Positions 1 to 9,922 of a stretch of DNA of 64,000 bases are shown here, piece after piece. The notes beneath the pieces are model-generated. The model ran no database searches and was not told the DNA's origin. It saw only the letters and a list, made by a program, of their open reading frames with translations. The DNA lies in assembly GCA_963847625.1 (NCBI GenBank), contig CAWKAR010000033.1, positions 64,001 through 128,000 on the forward strand. The letters run 5' to 3'. A program made the position numbers and the translations under genes. Origin of the DNA: a candidate division FCPU426 bacterium (lineage in GTDB: Bacteria; Oederibacteriota; Muellerivitia; Muellerivitales; Muellerivitaceae). Each line of letters begins with the position of its first letter. The stretch's first letter is position 1.

Positions 1-273
1 AAGCAGAACCTGGTAAAGCCAGTGGATATCCAGGTAGTCATGGCTGGTTACGGTGTAGGTAAAGGTATCATTTGAGGGAAAGGCGTGGTTTTGAAGGATC
101 CATTGGCCGCCCCTCAAGTGAAAACCCAGGTCGGAATCACAAAGAAGGCGCGCGCCCAGGAGTACAGCCAAAAGGAAACAGGCCAGGAGGGAATAAAACC
201 ATGGATCGGACCAGGAAGAGGGTGATTTGGTATTTGCCGGGCTGCCCGGATAGCGGGAGGGGTTGGAAATCAT
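1..273 (-). CDS. 5' part of an integral membrane protein, probably GT-C-like (runs off the window edge)
   Basis: Not in the ORF track. ATG at 273, open to base 1: MISNPSRYPG...DPWFYSLLACFLLAVLLGARLLCDSDLGFHLRGGQWILQNHAFPSNDTFTYTVTSHDYLDIHWLYQVLL. A TM helix is followed by a D-x-D-x-x-x-HL-x-x-G-x-WI loop typical of GT-C-like membrane proteins. Confidence 0.75.
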   Translation of the reverse strand, partial: MISNPSRYPGSPANTKSPSSWSDPWFYSLLACFLLAVLLGARLLCDSDLGFHLRGGQWILQNHAFPSNDTFTYTVTSHDYLDIHWLYQVLL

Positions 274-418
274 TTGGGGATTATAACAACCTGAATAAAA
301 CGCATGAGAAGTTTGTTAAACTCGTGAAACGGGGTCCATTATCGCCAAACAAAGAAAGGTATAATGAATGGTGTTGTAACCCGCTTTACCCACCCGAAAC
401 GGAAAGGGGCAACGCCGG

Positions 419-3400
419 ATGATTTTTCTTTTCACTAAAATCGACCATCCGGCCCTATACGAACAACGGGGCTCTCCCTCAGCCGACAACGTCCTCTCCT
501 GCCAAATATATCTTATTGAGGAAATCCTTTCGTCCCATAAAGCCACTTGGACTAAACGCACCCCGGACGGCTTGTATAGCATTTTCAAGGAAGAGGACGC
601 GGCCCGGGCCGCCCTGGACCTGCAAAAGGAATTCCAAAAACACCTCTGGGGCGATTACCAAAAAGCCAAGCTTCGCGTGGCGCTGCATTCGGGGGAAGCC
701 GAGGTTTTCGGCCAGGATTACGTGGGACCCGGAGTCACCCATACCAGGGCTCTCCTGGAGGCGGCCTGGGGCGGGCAAATCCTCATGACCGTGCCGGCGG
801 TACATTTCGTGCCTTTGCCCCCCGAGGCGCGGCTCCTCGACCTGGGTCCCCAGTTCCTTAAGGACTTGAGCGAACCTTCCAGCATCTATGCCTTGGAGCA
901 TCCGGACCTTCAAAAAGAAACGCTACCGCCCTTGCGGACCCTTAATCAATACCCGCAGAATCTTCTTCCCCAGGCGTCCCCATTTTTCGGCCGCGAGGAG
1001 GAAATCGCGGAAATTACCGGCATGCTGAAGGACCCTTCCATCCGGTTGTTGACCCTCGCGGGGCCGGGGGGGTATGGAAAGACCCGCCTGGCCTTGCAGA
1101 CCGCCGCGGAGCTGGCGGGCCATTTCGAGAACGGCATTTTCGTGGTGGTGCTAGCGCCCCTGTTGTCCGACCAGATGATCGTGGGAAACATCGCCGGGGT
1201 TCTGAAATTTTTCTTCACCGGCATTGAAGATTCCAAGACCCAGCTTCTGAACCACCTGAAAGACAAGAAAATGCTTCTCATTATGGATAATTTCGAGCAC
1301 ATCATCGAAGGCGGTTCATTGGTTTCGGACATCCTCAAGGCCGCGCCGGGTGTGAAAATCCTCGTGACCAGCCGGGAACCCCTGAGGGCGGTGGAAGGAA
1401 AGACGTTTGAGGTGAAAGGCCTGCATTTCCCCGAGGACCCGGACGCCCCGGACATGGAAGCCTACAGCGCCGTCCAACTTTTCCTCATGCGCGCTCGAAG
1501 GACCAAACCCGACTTTGTTCTCGTTCCCGAGGAGCGGCAGGGGATGCTGGACATCTGCCGGGTTCTGGAAGGCATGCCCTTAGGACTGGAGCTTTCTTCC
1601 ACCTGGGTTGGAATCCACCCCCTTTCGGAAATAGCCGATAAAATTACAACCAGCAAGGATTTCCTGGCGACTTCCATGCCCGATTTTTCCCCGCGGCACC
1701 GTTCCTTGAGGGCCGTATTCGAGTATTCCTGGATCCTACTCAGTGAGCCGCAAAAAAGGGCTCTTAAAGCCCTTTCCTCCTTCAAAGACGGGTTCGGCAT
1801 CCAGGCGGCGCGCTCGGTGGCGGGCGCCACCCTGGCGGTTCTCGAACAACTGGAAAACAAATCGTTGTTGGCCCGGCAAGCGAAAGGGCGTTTTGACCTC
1901 CATGAGCTCATCAAGTTTTACGCCAAGGAAAAATTGTTCGAAAATCCCGCTGAAGGCGAAAAAATCCTGGATGCCCATTGCGGTTATTTCGCGTCCTTCC
2001 TCCAAGCCAGGGAAAAGGCTTTGTACGGCCCAAAAGAAAAAGAGGCCCAGGAAGAATTGGTGGAAGAATTGGGAAATCTCCGGGAAGCCTGGAACCGGGC
2101 CGTCCGAACCTGCGAAAAAAAGGAGCTCAACAAGCTCATGAAGGGCTTTTGCGTCATTTACGAGATCAAAGGGCAGTTCGAGCAGGGCCGGGAATTTACG
2201 AAAGCCGCCGTGCAAACCCTGAGGGAGAAATATCCCGAAACCTCTCCGCGCCCAAAGCCCTATACCCTTCTCTTGGCCAGGCTCATTTCACGCTGGGCTT
2301 CCTTTGAGAGGGATTTAGGGAACCTCAGAAACGCCCGAAAACTGTTTGAGGAAAATCTCAACTTGTTGTCCTCTATTTCCAACCTCCGGGAAGCCGGCTT
2401 TTCCCTGTGCGAACTGGGTTTTGTCACGGAAAGGGAGGGCCATTATGAAAAAGCCAGGACCCTTTATGAGAAAAGCCTGGCCGCTTGTCGCAAGGCCAAG
2501 GATAAACCAGGAATTTCCCTGGCTCTCAACCGCCTGGGATTCCTCGCCTGCCGCATGGGGGAATTTAAAAAAGCCAGGACCCTGGTCCTGCAAAGCCTGA
2601 GGTACTCGAGAGCGAACCGGGACCGGCGGGCCATGGCCTTCGCCTACAACGTTTTCGGGGAGGTCTTGTGCAACTTGAGGCGGTTGAAAGAAGGCAAAGA
2701 AAGCTATCAAAAAGCCTTGTCCATCTACGTGGAAACGGAAGACCAAAGGGGAATCGGCTGGTGCTTGGTGAATCTGGGCAATGTGGCGGATATAACGGGG
2801 GATTTTAAGGGCGCCTTTGCGTTGTACCAGCAAGCCATGGGCATTTCCGATGGAATCAGCGACAGAATGGGCCTGGCAATCGCCGTGACCCAGTTGGGAA
2901 TGATTCGCTGGCAAGAGGGAAATTATCCGGAAGCCGCCGGCTTTCTGGAGAAAGGCCTGGGTCTTTTCCGCCTGGTGGGGGATTTCAGGGGCCAAGCCTG
3001 GTCCTTGGACCTACTCGGCAACCTGGCTTTGGAATATCAAAATGACCGCCAAGCCGAAAGTAATTACAAGAAAGCTTTTTCTCTCCTGGAAAAAGTGGGC
3101 CCATTGACCCAGAACATCGCCTGGTATCAATTCCATTTGGGGGATTTGGCTTGTTACCGCGGCCATTTGAAACAGGCGAAAAAATGTTATTTAAAAAGCC
3201 GGACGTGTTTTGAACGCGTTCAGGACGATATTGGCTTGATGGTCACCTTACTCAAATTAGGGGAAATTTCCACCCGTCTGGGTGAGTTAAAGCAAGCCGA
3301 AGATCATCTTTCCCATGTCATCCAAATTGCGATTCGGGGTAATCACAAGCCTTTTCTCGCGGATGCGGTTGTTGCCATGGGACGGATTTTTCAGCTTAAG

Positions 3401-3730
3401 GGGGAAGAGAGGGATGCCATTGGTTTATATATGCTGGCCTTCGGCCATCCCCTGTGCCGCCAGCAGACCAGGGATATGATTACGGCTTTGATCAAAGAAC
3501 TTGAACCGCATTTTTCACCCGAGGAAATCGAGGGAGCCAGGGAATGGGGCAAGACCGGGAACCTGGAGGGAGTGGCCATGAGATGGGTTTCTTTCCGAAA
3601 ATCCGCCGCGTCACGAAAACGAAAGGGCAAATATAGAAAGGCCGCCCTTCAAGTGAAAGCCAGGCCGGGATCGCAAAGAAGTCGCGCGCCGAGGAGTACG
3701 GCCAAAAGGAAGCAGGCCAGGACGGGATAA
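419..3730 (+). CDS. STAND-type protein: degenerate class III cyclase-like domain + NB-ARC/AAA ATPase + TPR array
   Basis: N-terminal FLFT..., LRVALHSGEAE, AAWGGQIL and LKDL motifs; Walker A GPGGYGKT; Walker B LLIMDNFEH; TSRE; GMPLGLEL; C-terminal TPR-like repeats. Confidence 0.9.
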   Translation: MIFLFTKIDHPALYEQRGSPSADNVLSCQIYLIEEILSSHKATWTKRTPDGLYSIFKEEDAARAALDLQKEFQKHLWGDYQKAKLRVALHSGEAEVFGQDYVGPGVTHTRALLEAAWGGQILMTVPAVHFVPLPPEARLLDLGPQFLKDLSEPSSIYALEHPDLQKETLPPLRTLNQYPQNLLPQASPFFGREEEIAEITGMLKDPSIRLLTLAGPGGYGKTRLALQTAAELAGHFENGIFVVVLAPLLSDQMIVGNIAGVLKFFFTGIEDSKTQLLNHLKDKKMLLIMDNFEHIIEGGSLVSDILKAAPGVKILVTSREPLRAVEGKTFEVKGLHFPEDPDAPDMEAYSAVQLFLMRARRTKPDFVLVPEERQGMLDICRVLEGMPLGLELSSTWVGIHPLSEIADKITTSKDFLATSMPDFSPRHRSLRAVFEYSWILLSEPQKRALKALSSFKDGFGIQAARSVAGATLAVLEQLENKSLLARQAKGRFDLHELIKFYAKEKLFENPAEGEKILDAHCGYFASFLQAREKALYGPKEKEAQEELVEELGNLREAWNRAVRTCEKKELNKLMKGFCVIYEIKGQFEQGREFTKAAVQTLREKYPETSPRPKPYTLLLARLISRWASFERDLGNLRNARKLFEENLNLLSSISNLREAGFSLCELGFVTEREGHYEKARTLYEKSLAACRKAKDKPGISLALNRLGFLACRMGEFKKARTLVLQSLRYSRANRDRRAMAFAYNVFGEVLCNLRRLKEGKESYQKALSIYVETEDQRGIGWCLVNLGNVADITGDFKGAFALYQQAMGISDGISDRMGLAIAVTQLGMIRWQEGNYPEAAGFLEKGLGLFRLVGDFRGQAWSLDLLGNLALEYQNDRQAESNYKKAFSLLEKVGPLTQNIAWYQFHLGDLACYRGHLKQAKKCYLKSRTCFERVQDDIGLMVTLLKLGEISTRLGELKQAEDHLSHVIQIAIRGNHKPFLADAVVAMGRIFQLKGEERDAIGLYMLAFGHPLCRQQTRDMITALIKELEPHFSPEEIEGAREWGKTGNLEGVAMRWVSFRKSAASRKRKGKYRKAALQVKARPGSQRSRAPRSTAKRKQARTG

Positions 3731-3816
3731 AACCAGGGGTCAAACCGGAAAGTAGGCGGTGCGGAGGTGGTCGGATTGGAGTCGGGGCTGGAAATCATGC
3801 GTGGATTATATCAACC
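3640..3816 (-). pseudogene. Decayed duplicate of the 5' end and upstream region of gene <1..273
   Basis: ATG at 3798 gives MISSPDS...FDPWFYPVLACFLLAVLLGARLLCDPGLAFT*. The nucleotides align with 105..291. Confidence 0.85.
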
Positions 3817-4006
3817 CTGGAAAAGCGGTTGAGTTTTATTCAGCTCCAAGGAAAGGGACCTGTCTGTCTAAAACTGGTATAGGGACACGGAGTTTTTGGA
3901 ATGGAAAAAAATCCGTGAAGATTAGCCATTCGAATTAGTCTTAAAATTGTGTTTACTTATTCACTCACGCTCCCCATCGTGAATAACTCTTCCATTTTCG
4001 CTTAAA

Positions 4007-4696
4007 TTAATTCTTGCTTTGTCCAATTTGGGTTGCTTGTTTTTCGATCAGGTGGGATTGCCAAATGTGGACGCCGGAGAGTTGTTGGCGTGCGAGGTTC
4101 ACCATGGCCCGGGCGATGGTCTGGGCCTGGATGGGGCGGTATTTTCGAAAAGGCCCGACAAACAACGGGGAAAGGGGTTTTAAGACGTTCTCCAGGAATT
4201 GTTCCCCGGGCCGGCGTTCCTTACGGTCTTTCTCACCCAGGATGAAGGAAGGCCTCAGGATGTGAACAGCCTGGAAGGGAACCGCGCTGACCGCTTCCTC
4301 CATCACGCCCTTAAGACGGCTGTAAAACAACGAGGAATTCGGGTTAGCACCCATGGAGGAAACCACCAGGAACTGGCGGGACCCATTTTTCAAGGAGATC
4401 TTGGCGAGGGAGAGGACATACTCGAAATCAACCTTGCGGTAGGCTTGGTGGGAAGGTGACTTTTGCCGGGTGGTGCCCAGACAGCAATAGACGGCGTTTG
4501 CCTTCGTATTTTTGATGAATTTTTCCAGCAGGTCGAAGTCCACCACGATTTCACGGAGCTTCGGATGTTTGGTTCCCTGCGGGGTGCGGACCAGGGAAAT
4601 CACCTTGTCGTACTGGGGATCGCCTAATATTTCCTGGAGGCAAAAGCCTCCCACTAAACCGCTGGCTCCCGCGAGCAAGGCCGTCTTTTGGGTCAT
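4007..4696 (-). CDS. NAD(P)H-binding oxidoreductase, TIP30/YraR-like atypical SDR
   Basis: GASGLVG Rossmann motif, CCLGTT, VSSMGA, YSRLKG, RPS. Confidence 0.9.
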   Translation of the reverse strand: MTQKTALLAGASGLVGGFCLQEILGDPQYDKVISLVRTPQGTKHPKLREIVVDFDLLEKFIKNTKANAVYCCLGTTRQKSPSHQAYRKVDFEYVLSLAKISLKNGSRQFLVVSSMGANPNSSLFYSRLKGVMEEAVSAVPFQAVHILRPSFILGEKDRKERRPGEQFLENVLKPLSPLFVGPFRKYRPIQAQTIARAMVNLARQQLSGVHIWQSHLIEKQATQIGQSKN

Positions 4697-5017
4697 AGGC
4701 TAACCTCTTATCCTCAAGCATAGAGGATGACGGGAATTTGGTGTAGGGTTTTCAACCGGTTAAGGGTCCGGTATAAGACCTGGTTCTCCGGGTAGCCGGA
4801 ATTGGTTTTCCCAGGTAGTCTGAAAATAGTCTTTTTTCCGGGTTTTTCTAATTACAGCGTAGTTTTATTTTTATAAACACCCATACAATTGGGGAACAAC
4901 GGTTAACCTCCTGAAAAATGTTTTCTTAAGCCGCCATTTTGGCGTCAATTTCTGTAGAATCGAAATTCGAACTACCCAACAGGTTGTGGGTATCAAGATT
5001 TCAAAGGGTTTAAACCG

Positions 5018-5494
5018 GTGAAAATATTGCATGTTTTAAGCGGGGATTTCGTGACGGGGGCGGAAACTTCCACGGTGGCCCTCATCGAAAGGCAAACCGA
5101 GGCCGGCCACCAGATTTTCGTGGTGGCGGGCAAATTTGAGCATGCCGTGAAGGCGGCCTTTTACCCCGTTTCCATCCATGACCGGGGCTGGGTCCAGCGA
5201 TTGGTCAATATCGGGGCGCTGATTCGCCTCATCCGAAAAGAAAAAATCGACATCGTCCACGCCCATTCCCGCGCGGCCAGCTGGGTTTCCTTCTGGGCCT
5301 GCCGCATGACCCGCACGCCCTACCTCTCCACCCTGCATGGGCGACAGCACCTGCATTTTTCCAACAGGAACTTCAACGTGTACGGGAAGAAATGCGTCGT
5401 CATGTGCGAGAACATTCGTGAGCAAATGCTGAAGGAAACCAAAATCTTCAAACCGGAGCAATTGATTGTCATCCGCAATGGCATCCTCCCATAA
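5018..5494 (+). CDS. GT4 glycosyltransferase N-terminal domain (stand-alone)
   Basis: MKILHVLS, TGAE, DIVHAHSR, STLHG, VIRNGI; GTG start; ends right after the NG motif. Confidence 0.8.
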   Translation: MKILHVLSGDFVTGAETSTVALIERQTEAGHQIFVVAGKFEHAVKAAFYPVSIHDRGWVQRLVNIGALIRLIRKEKIDIVHAHSRAASWVSFWACRMTRTPYLSTLHGRQHLHFSNRNFNVYGKKCVVMCENIREQMLKETKIFKPEQLIVIRNGILP

Positions 5495-6800
5495 CCCCCT
5501 GGTTTTGATCGTCGGCCGGCTTTCAGGGCCCAAGAATGAGGTCATCCTGCGCTACTTGCGGGAGGCCGTTTTCCCCGCGGCCGAAGCCGACCCAGCTTTG
5601 CGGGTGGCCGTGATCGGGGGGCCGGTGGACGACGAGCACCGGCAACTGGAGAAAGACCACAAGTTCCTGAAGTTCGAGGGATTTCAGCCCGACCTCAAGC
5701 CCTACTATGAACGGGCCACCTTGGTCGTCGGGGCGGGGCGCGTGGCGCTGGAAGCCATGGCCCTTCAAAGACCCGTGATCGCCATCGGGGAGCAAAAATA
5801 CGTCGGGCCCCTTCTTCCACAGGCGGTGGAAGAGGCCAAGGCCACCAACTTCGGGGATTGCGAGGAAGGCACCCACTTCGATTGGGCCCAAGCCGCCCAG
5901 GACCTCAAGCGGATGCTGGGGGAAAATGCTTTGCGCGAGGAGGCTATCCGGACGGGAACCGCTTTGCTCCAGGCGGAGTACGACATGCGGGTTCTCTATC
6001 CCAAGGTCGAGGAACTTTACCGGGACGTCATTCTTCGAGACAACCTTTCCCGGGTGAGCGAAATCCCGGTCCTGATGTACCACCGGGTGGTCGAAAAGGA
6101 ACCGGCCCTTACCAAGTTCAATATCCATATCACCAGCGACAACCTCGAAAAGCACCTTTCGTTCCTCCAGAAGAACGGGTTTACCCCCATCACTTTCGTG
6201 GACTTGATGGTAAAGAAAATCCCGCCAAAGCCGGTTATCCTGACTTTCGACGATGGCTATGAAGATAATTACCTTCATCTCTACCCGCTTCTGCGGCGGT
6301 ACGGGATGAAGGCGGTGATTTATCTGCTGGGGAACCGATCCATCCGGACGAACGCGTGGGATACTCCCAAGGGGGAACCGGAAACGCCTTTGATGAACGA
6401 AAGGCAAATACTGGAATTGGCCAAGAGCGGCTCGGTGGAATTCGGGGCCCATTCCATGACCCATTTCAGCCTGCCGGGCCTGCCCCTGGAAACGGTGGTA
6501 CGGGAGGTCCAGGATTGCATGAAATCCCTGGAGGGATTGCTGGGAAAACAAGTGATTTCCTTCGCCTACCCATACGGTGACTATAACGAAGAAACCCAAA
6601 AGGTTGTGGCCGAGGCGGGTTTTAAATTCGGCGTGGCGGTGGATGGGGGGCCGGTGTGTTTCCGCGAGGACCTCCTGGCGATCCGGCGCATCCATATCTT
6701 TCCTGATACTGCCGGGTTCGATTTTTACAAGAAAACCAGCGGGTGTTATTTACGGTACAGGAAATTAGTGAGCTTGCTTAAACCCTGGCAGAAATCTTAA
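5478..6800 (+). CDS. GT-B C-terminal domain fused to NodB-type polysaccharide deacetylase
   Basis: VGRLSGPK and VALEAMAL (GT-B C-domain); PVLMYHRV, LTFDDGY, FGAHSMTH, FAYPYG (CE4). ATG at 5478 overlaps the upstream ORF end. Confidence 0.85.
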   Translation: MASSHNPLVLIVGRLSGPKNEVILRYLREAVFPAAEADPALRVAVIGGPVDDEHRQLEKDHKFLKFEGFQPDLKPYYERATLVVGAGRVALEAMALQRPVIAIGEQKYVGPLLPQAVEEAKATNFGDCEEGTHFDWAQAAQDLKRMLGENALREEAIRTGTALLQAEYDMRVLYPKVEELYRDVILRDNLSRVSEIPVLMYHRVVEKEPALTKFNIHITSDNLEKHLSFLQKNGFTPITFVDLMVKKIPPKPVILTFDDGYEDNYLHLYPLLRRYGMKAVIYLLGNRSIRTNAWDTPKGEPETPLMNERQILELAKSGSVEFGAHSMTHFSLPGLPLETVVREVQDCMKSLEGLLGKQVISFAYPYGDYNEETQKVVAEAGFKFGVAVDGGPVCFREDLLAIRRIHIFPDTAGFDFYKKTSGCYLRYRKLVSLLKPWQKS

Positions 6801-6816
6801 GGAATATAGAACGGGC

Positions 6817-7647
6817 ATGAAAAAACTGGCTTTGAAACTCTCCATCGTTATCATCACCCGCAACGAGGAAGCCCATATCGGCTCCTGCCTGAAAAGCCTC
6901 GGCTTTTCCCGGAGTTGTTTTAAGAAAATGGAAACCATCGTGGTGGACGCTGAAAGCGAGGACCAGACCCGGGCCATCGCCAAGAAGCTGGGCGCGAAAG
7001 TGTTTGTCCGGCCCTGGAAGGGTTATTCGGACCAGAAGAACTGGGCCATCGCCAAGTGCAAGGGGGATTGGATCCTATCCCTGGACGCGGACGAGGAACT
7101 GACCCCGGAATTGATCCGGGAAATCGAGCGAAAAGTCCCTGAAACGCCGCGGGATGTGGCGGGATATTCCATCAAGCGCAGGGCCTTTTTCCTGGGTAAA
7201 TGGATCAAGCATTGCGGCTGGTGGCCGGACGACCAGCTCCGCCTCATCCGGAGGGGAACAGGCCGTTTCACCGGCGAGCCGGTGCACGAGGGCATGGTCG
7301 TGAATGGCCGCACCCTGATGTTCGACGAGCCCATGAACCATTACACATATGACACCATCAGGCAATACCTGGACAAGATGAACCGTTACTCGGACCTGTC
7401 CCTCCTGGAAATGAAGCAGAAAAAGATAACCTTCTGGTGGTTCTACGTGACGATTGCCCCTCTTCTCACCTTCTTCCGGATGTATGTCTCGCGGCGGGGT
7501 TTCCTGGACGGGTGGCACGGTCTGGCCGTTTGCGGCCTCTCGGCTTGCCACGACTTCGTCAAGTACGCCAAGCTCTGGGAAAAAGAGATTTTAAAACGCG
7601 CCCCGGGTGGGATGGGGTGTGTAAAAACAAAAAAATCGAATGACTGA
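6817..7647 (+). CDS. GT2 glycosyltransferase, WaaE/KdtX-like (LPS core type)
   Basis: IITRNEE, VVDAESED, LDADE, WWPD, VHE, HYTY, GFLDG. Confidence 0.9.
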   Translation: MKKLALKLSIVIITRNEEAHIGSCLKSLGFSRSCFKKMETIVVDAESEDQTRAIAKKLGAKVFVRPWKGYSDQKNWAIAKCKGDWILSLDADEELTPELIREIERKVPETPRDVAGYSIKRRAFFLGKWIKHCGWWPDDQLRLIRRGTGRFTGEPVHEGMVVNGRTLMFDEPMNHYTYDTIRQYLDKMNRYSDLSLLEMKQKKITFWWFYVTIAPLLTFFRMYVSRRGFLDGWHGLAVCGLSACHDFVKYAKLWEKEILKRAPGGMGCVKTKKSND

Positions 7648-8830
7648 GACACATTCAGGCCGGATTGAGGTTTTGGATTCCTTGCGCGGCGTGGCGGCCA
7701 TGCAGGTGGTCATCGGGCATTTTTTGGTTATGTTTCCTCTTTTTTATGCGGCTGCCAACTATGTTCCGACACTTCCTTGGGCGGTGAGGTTACTTGCTTA
7801 TACACCGCTTCGTTTCTTTTGGGCAGGACATGAGGCGGTCACCTTTTTTTTCACCTTAAGCGGGTTTGTTTTGGCCCTGCCTTTCATGGACGGGAATCCG
7901 CTCTTCTACCGGTCATTCATGGTTAGAAGGTTTTGCCGGATTTATATCCCTTTTTTCGCGTTAATTTCCCTGTCCCTTGTTTTATATAAGTCGGGTTTTG
8001 GTATGTCGGCTATTCCGGGTGCCAGCTATTGGGCTAACAGCTTTTTTTCCCTGAAAATCACTTGGCGAGAAATACTAAAAATCTATTCCGGCATCGGTGA
8101 TATCAACGCCTATAACTTGGCTCCCACTGTTTGGAGCCTGAACCACGAGATGCGCATCTCAATCGTTTTTCCCCTCCTGGCTTCCATGGTGTTGAAATTG
8201 AATTGGAAAGAAAATGCAGGAATAGGTTTGTTGTTCGCGGTGCTGGGCGGGGCACTGCTTAACGGGAAAATATTATCGGCGGGAAGTTTGAACATGACGA
8301 TTTTTTATGCTTCTTTTTTTATTTGGGGGGCACTTCTGGCTAAACACCGGGTTAGGGTTATAAGCGTCATTGGGAAATACAATGGCGGCATAAAAATCAT
8401 GTTCTTAGTCACCGCTATAATCTTGTATACCTTTTGCTGGTCTATGCCGGCTGCTTTAAGACCGATGTTTTCCCCTGTGGGTTATGAAGTTTTCGGTGAT
8501 TTATCGGTGGGGCTGGCGTCGCTTTATTTCATCGGCGCGGCTTTGAGCTGGAAGTTAAATAAAAAGAATTTTATTCAGGGGAGTTATTTCTGGATTGGGA
8601 GAATTTCCTTTAGTCTTTATTTGATTCATCCGTTGGTTTTATTCGTAAGTGTTTATTTTTTTCACCATTTTCTATCACTAATCATCAGCGACCTCTTGGG
8701 TTTGTCCTTTGCGTTATCTGGGGCTTGGCTTTTTTATCGATGGATTGAGTGCCCTTCCACTCAACTCGGTAAAAAGCTTTCCAAACATTCCATGGTGAAT
8801 ATTATTTTAGGGGAGGATATGCGTGGATGA
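7640..8830 (+). CDS. Acyltransferase family 3 (OafA-like) membrane O-acyltransferase
   Basis: LDSLRGVAA..VV..H, FFTLSGFVL, RRFCRIY, WSLNHE, GRISFSLYLIH, IECP. Visibly AT-richer than its neighbours. Confidence 0.9.
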   Translation: MTETHSGRIEVLDSLRGVAAMQVVIGHFLVMFPLFYAAANYVPTLPWAVRLLAYTPLRFFWAGHEAVTFFFTLSGFVLALPFMDGNPLFYRSFMVRRFCRIYIPFFALISLSLVLYKSGFGMSAIPGASYWANSFFSLKITWREILKIYSGIGDINAYNLAPTVWSLNHEMRISIVFPLLASMVLKLNWKENAGIGLLFAVLGGALLNGKILSAGSLNMTIFYASFFIWGALLAKHRVRVISVIGKYNGGIKIMFLVTAIILYTFCWSMPAALRPMFSPVGYEVFGDLSVGLASLYFIGAALSWKLNKKNFIQGSYFWIGRISFSLYLIHPLVLFVSVYFFHHFLSLIISDLLGLSFALSGAWLFYRWIECPSTQLGKKLSKHSMVNIILGEDMRG

Positions 8831-9134
8831 AGTGGCCCAAATCGACGTGGCCCAGGCGAAGGAATTGCAGGCCTCCGGCGCGGTATTCGTGGATATCCGG
8901 GACCCGGCTTCCTTCGAGGCGGCGCATATCCCAGGCGCCCTGCATTTGACCGACGCCAACATCCGGGATTTCGTCCAAAAATCCGATAAAACCAAACCCG
9001 TGGTGGTTTATTGCTACCACGGCAATAACAGCCAGGGAGGCGCCGCTTACCTGATGGACCAGGAGTTCCAGAAGGTTTACAGCCTCATCGGGGGTTTCGA
9101 ACGCTGGCGCCAGACGGAGAAAATAGAGAGTTGA
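8823..9134 (+). CDS. glpE: Thiosulfate sulfurtransferase (single rhodanese domain)
   Basis: VDIRD, HIPGA, active site YCYHGNNSQ, GGFERW. Confidence 0.9.
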   Translation: MDEVAQIDVAQAKELQASGAVFVDIRDPASFEAAHIPGALHLTDANIRDFVQKSDKTKPVVVYCYHGNNSQGGAAYLMDQEFQKVYSLIGGFERWRQTEKIES

Positions 9135-9136
9135 TC

Positions 9137-9703
9137 ATGGCCCCCCATTACTGGTTGATGAAGGCTGAACAGGACGTCTATCCCGTCGAGCAATGGAAGA
9201 AGGACAAGGTCACTTTCTGGGACGGGGTGCGCAACTACACCGCCCGGAACTTCATGCGCGACCGGATGAAAAAGGGCGATGGGATGCTCTTTTACCGGCT
9301 GCCAAGGCTCTGAGCTTGCCCGGGGGCCTAGCCGTGTACTTGGGCGGGGTTCCATGCCCCGCCCAAGTGGCGACCCGAAGGGTCGTCCCTTGACTATTCC
9401 GGTGGGAAACCCAGCGGTATCGCGGGGGTGGGCGAAATCGTGAAGGAAGGCTACCCCGGCCATACGGCCTTCGATCCCAAAGACATTCATTTCGATGAGA
9501 AGAGCGATCCAGAAAAACCCACCTGGTACATGATGGATGTAAGGTTCGTGAAGGCCTGCAAGCAGGTCATCCTGCTGGATTTCCTCAAGAAGATACCCGA
9601 ATTGAAAAACATGGTGCTTTTCAGGAATTCCCGCCTATCGGTCCAGCCCGTGACCAAAGCGGAGTGGGATGTTATCTGCCGGTTGTTAGATTCCCAACGG
9701 TAG
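9137..9703 (+). pseudogene. EVE-domain protein interrupted by a 99-nt insertion
   Basis: YWLMKAE, WDGVRNYTARNF, GD.MLFY, then the insert, then YSGGKPSGIAGVGEIV...SRLSVQPV. Both halves are in one frame; the insert carries in-frame TGA and TAG. Confidence 0.85.
9296..9394. mobile_element. 99-nt palindromic element, copy 1 (non-autonomous, PATE/REP-like)
   Basis: Starts CGGCTG after TTTAC and ends CCCTTGAC; contains three hairpins; homologous to 63486..63584; precise removal restores the EVE ORF. Confidence 0.8.
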
Positions 9704-9922
9704 GTGCCGGGTTTCTGCCGGTCGAGACGTCAACCCAGTTCCCGGAACCCAGTAAACCAAATTGGCAGGAGACCGGTTTTCCTGCTGCGTAACGGTGTTT
9801 TCCGATTTGGCACAATCGCTTTGAAGTGGCACAATCCCCGAAAAGTGGCCTCTGCCGACAAGGGAGGATAAACTGCCCACATTCCCGGGAACATCTGCCG
9901 GAAGGGAGGATAAACCGTCGGT

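Noticed and set aside
9311..9331. Selenocysteine/pyrrolysine readthrough in the EVE gene
   Set aside because: Both stops lie inside a repeat found elsewhere, and its translation has no EVE similarity.
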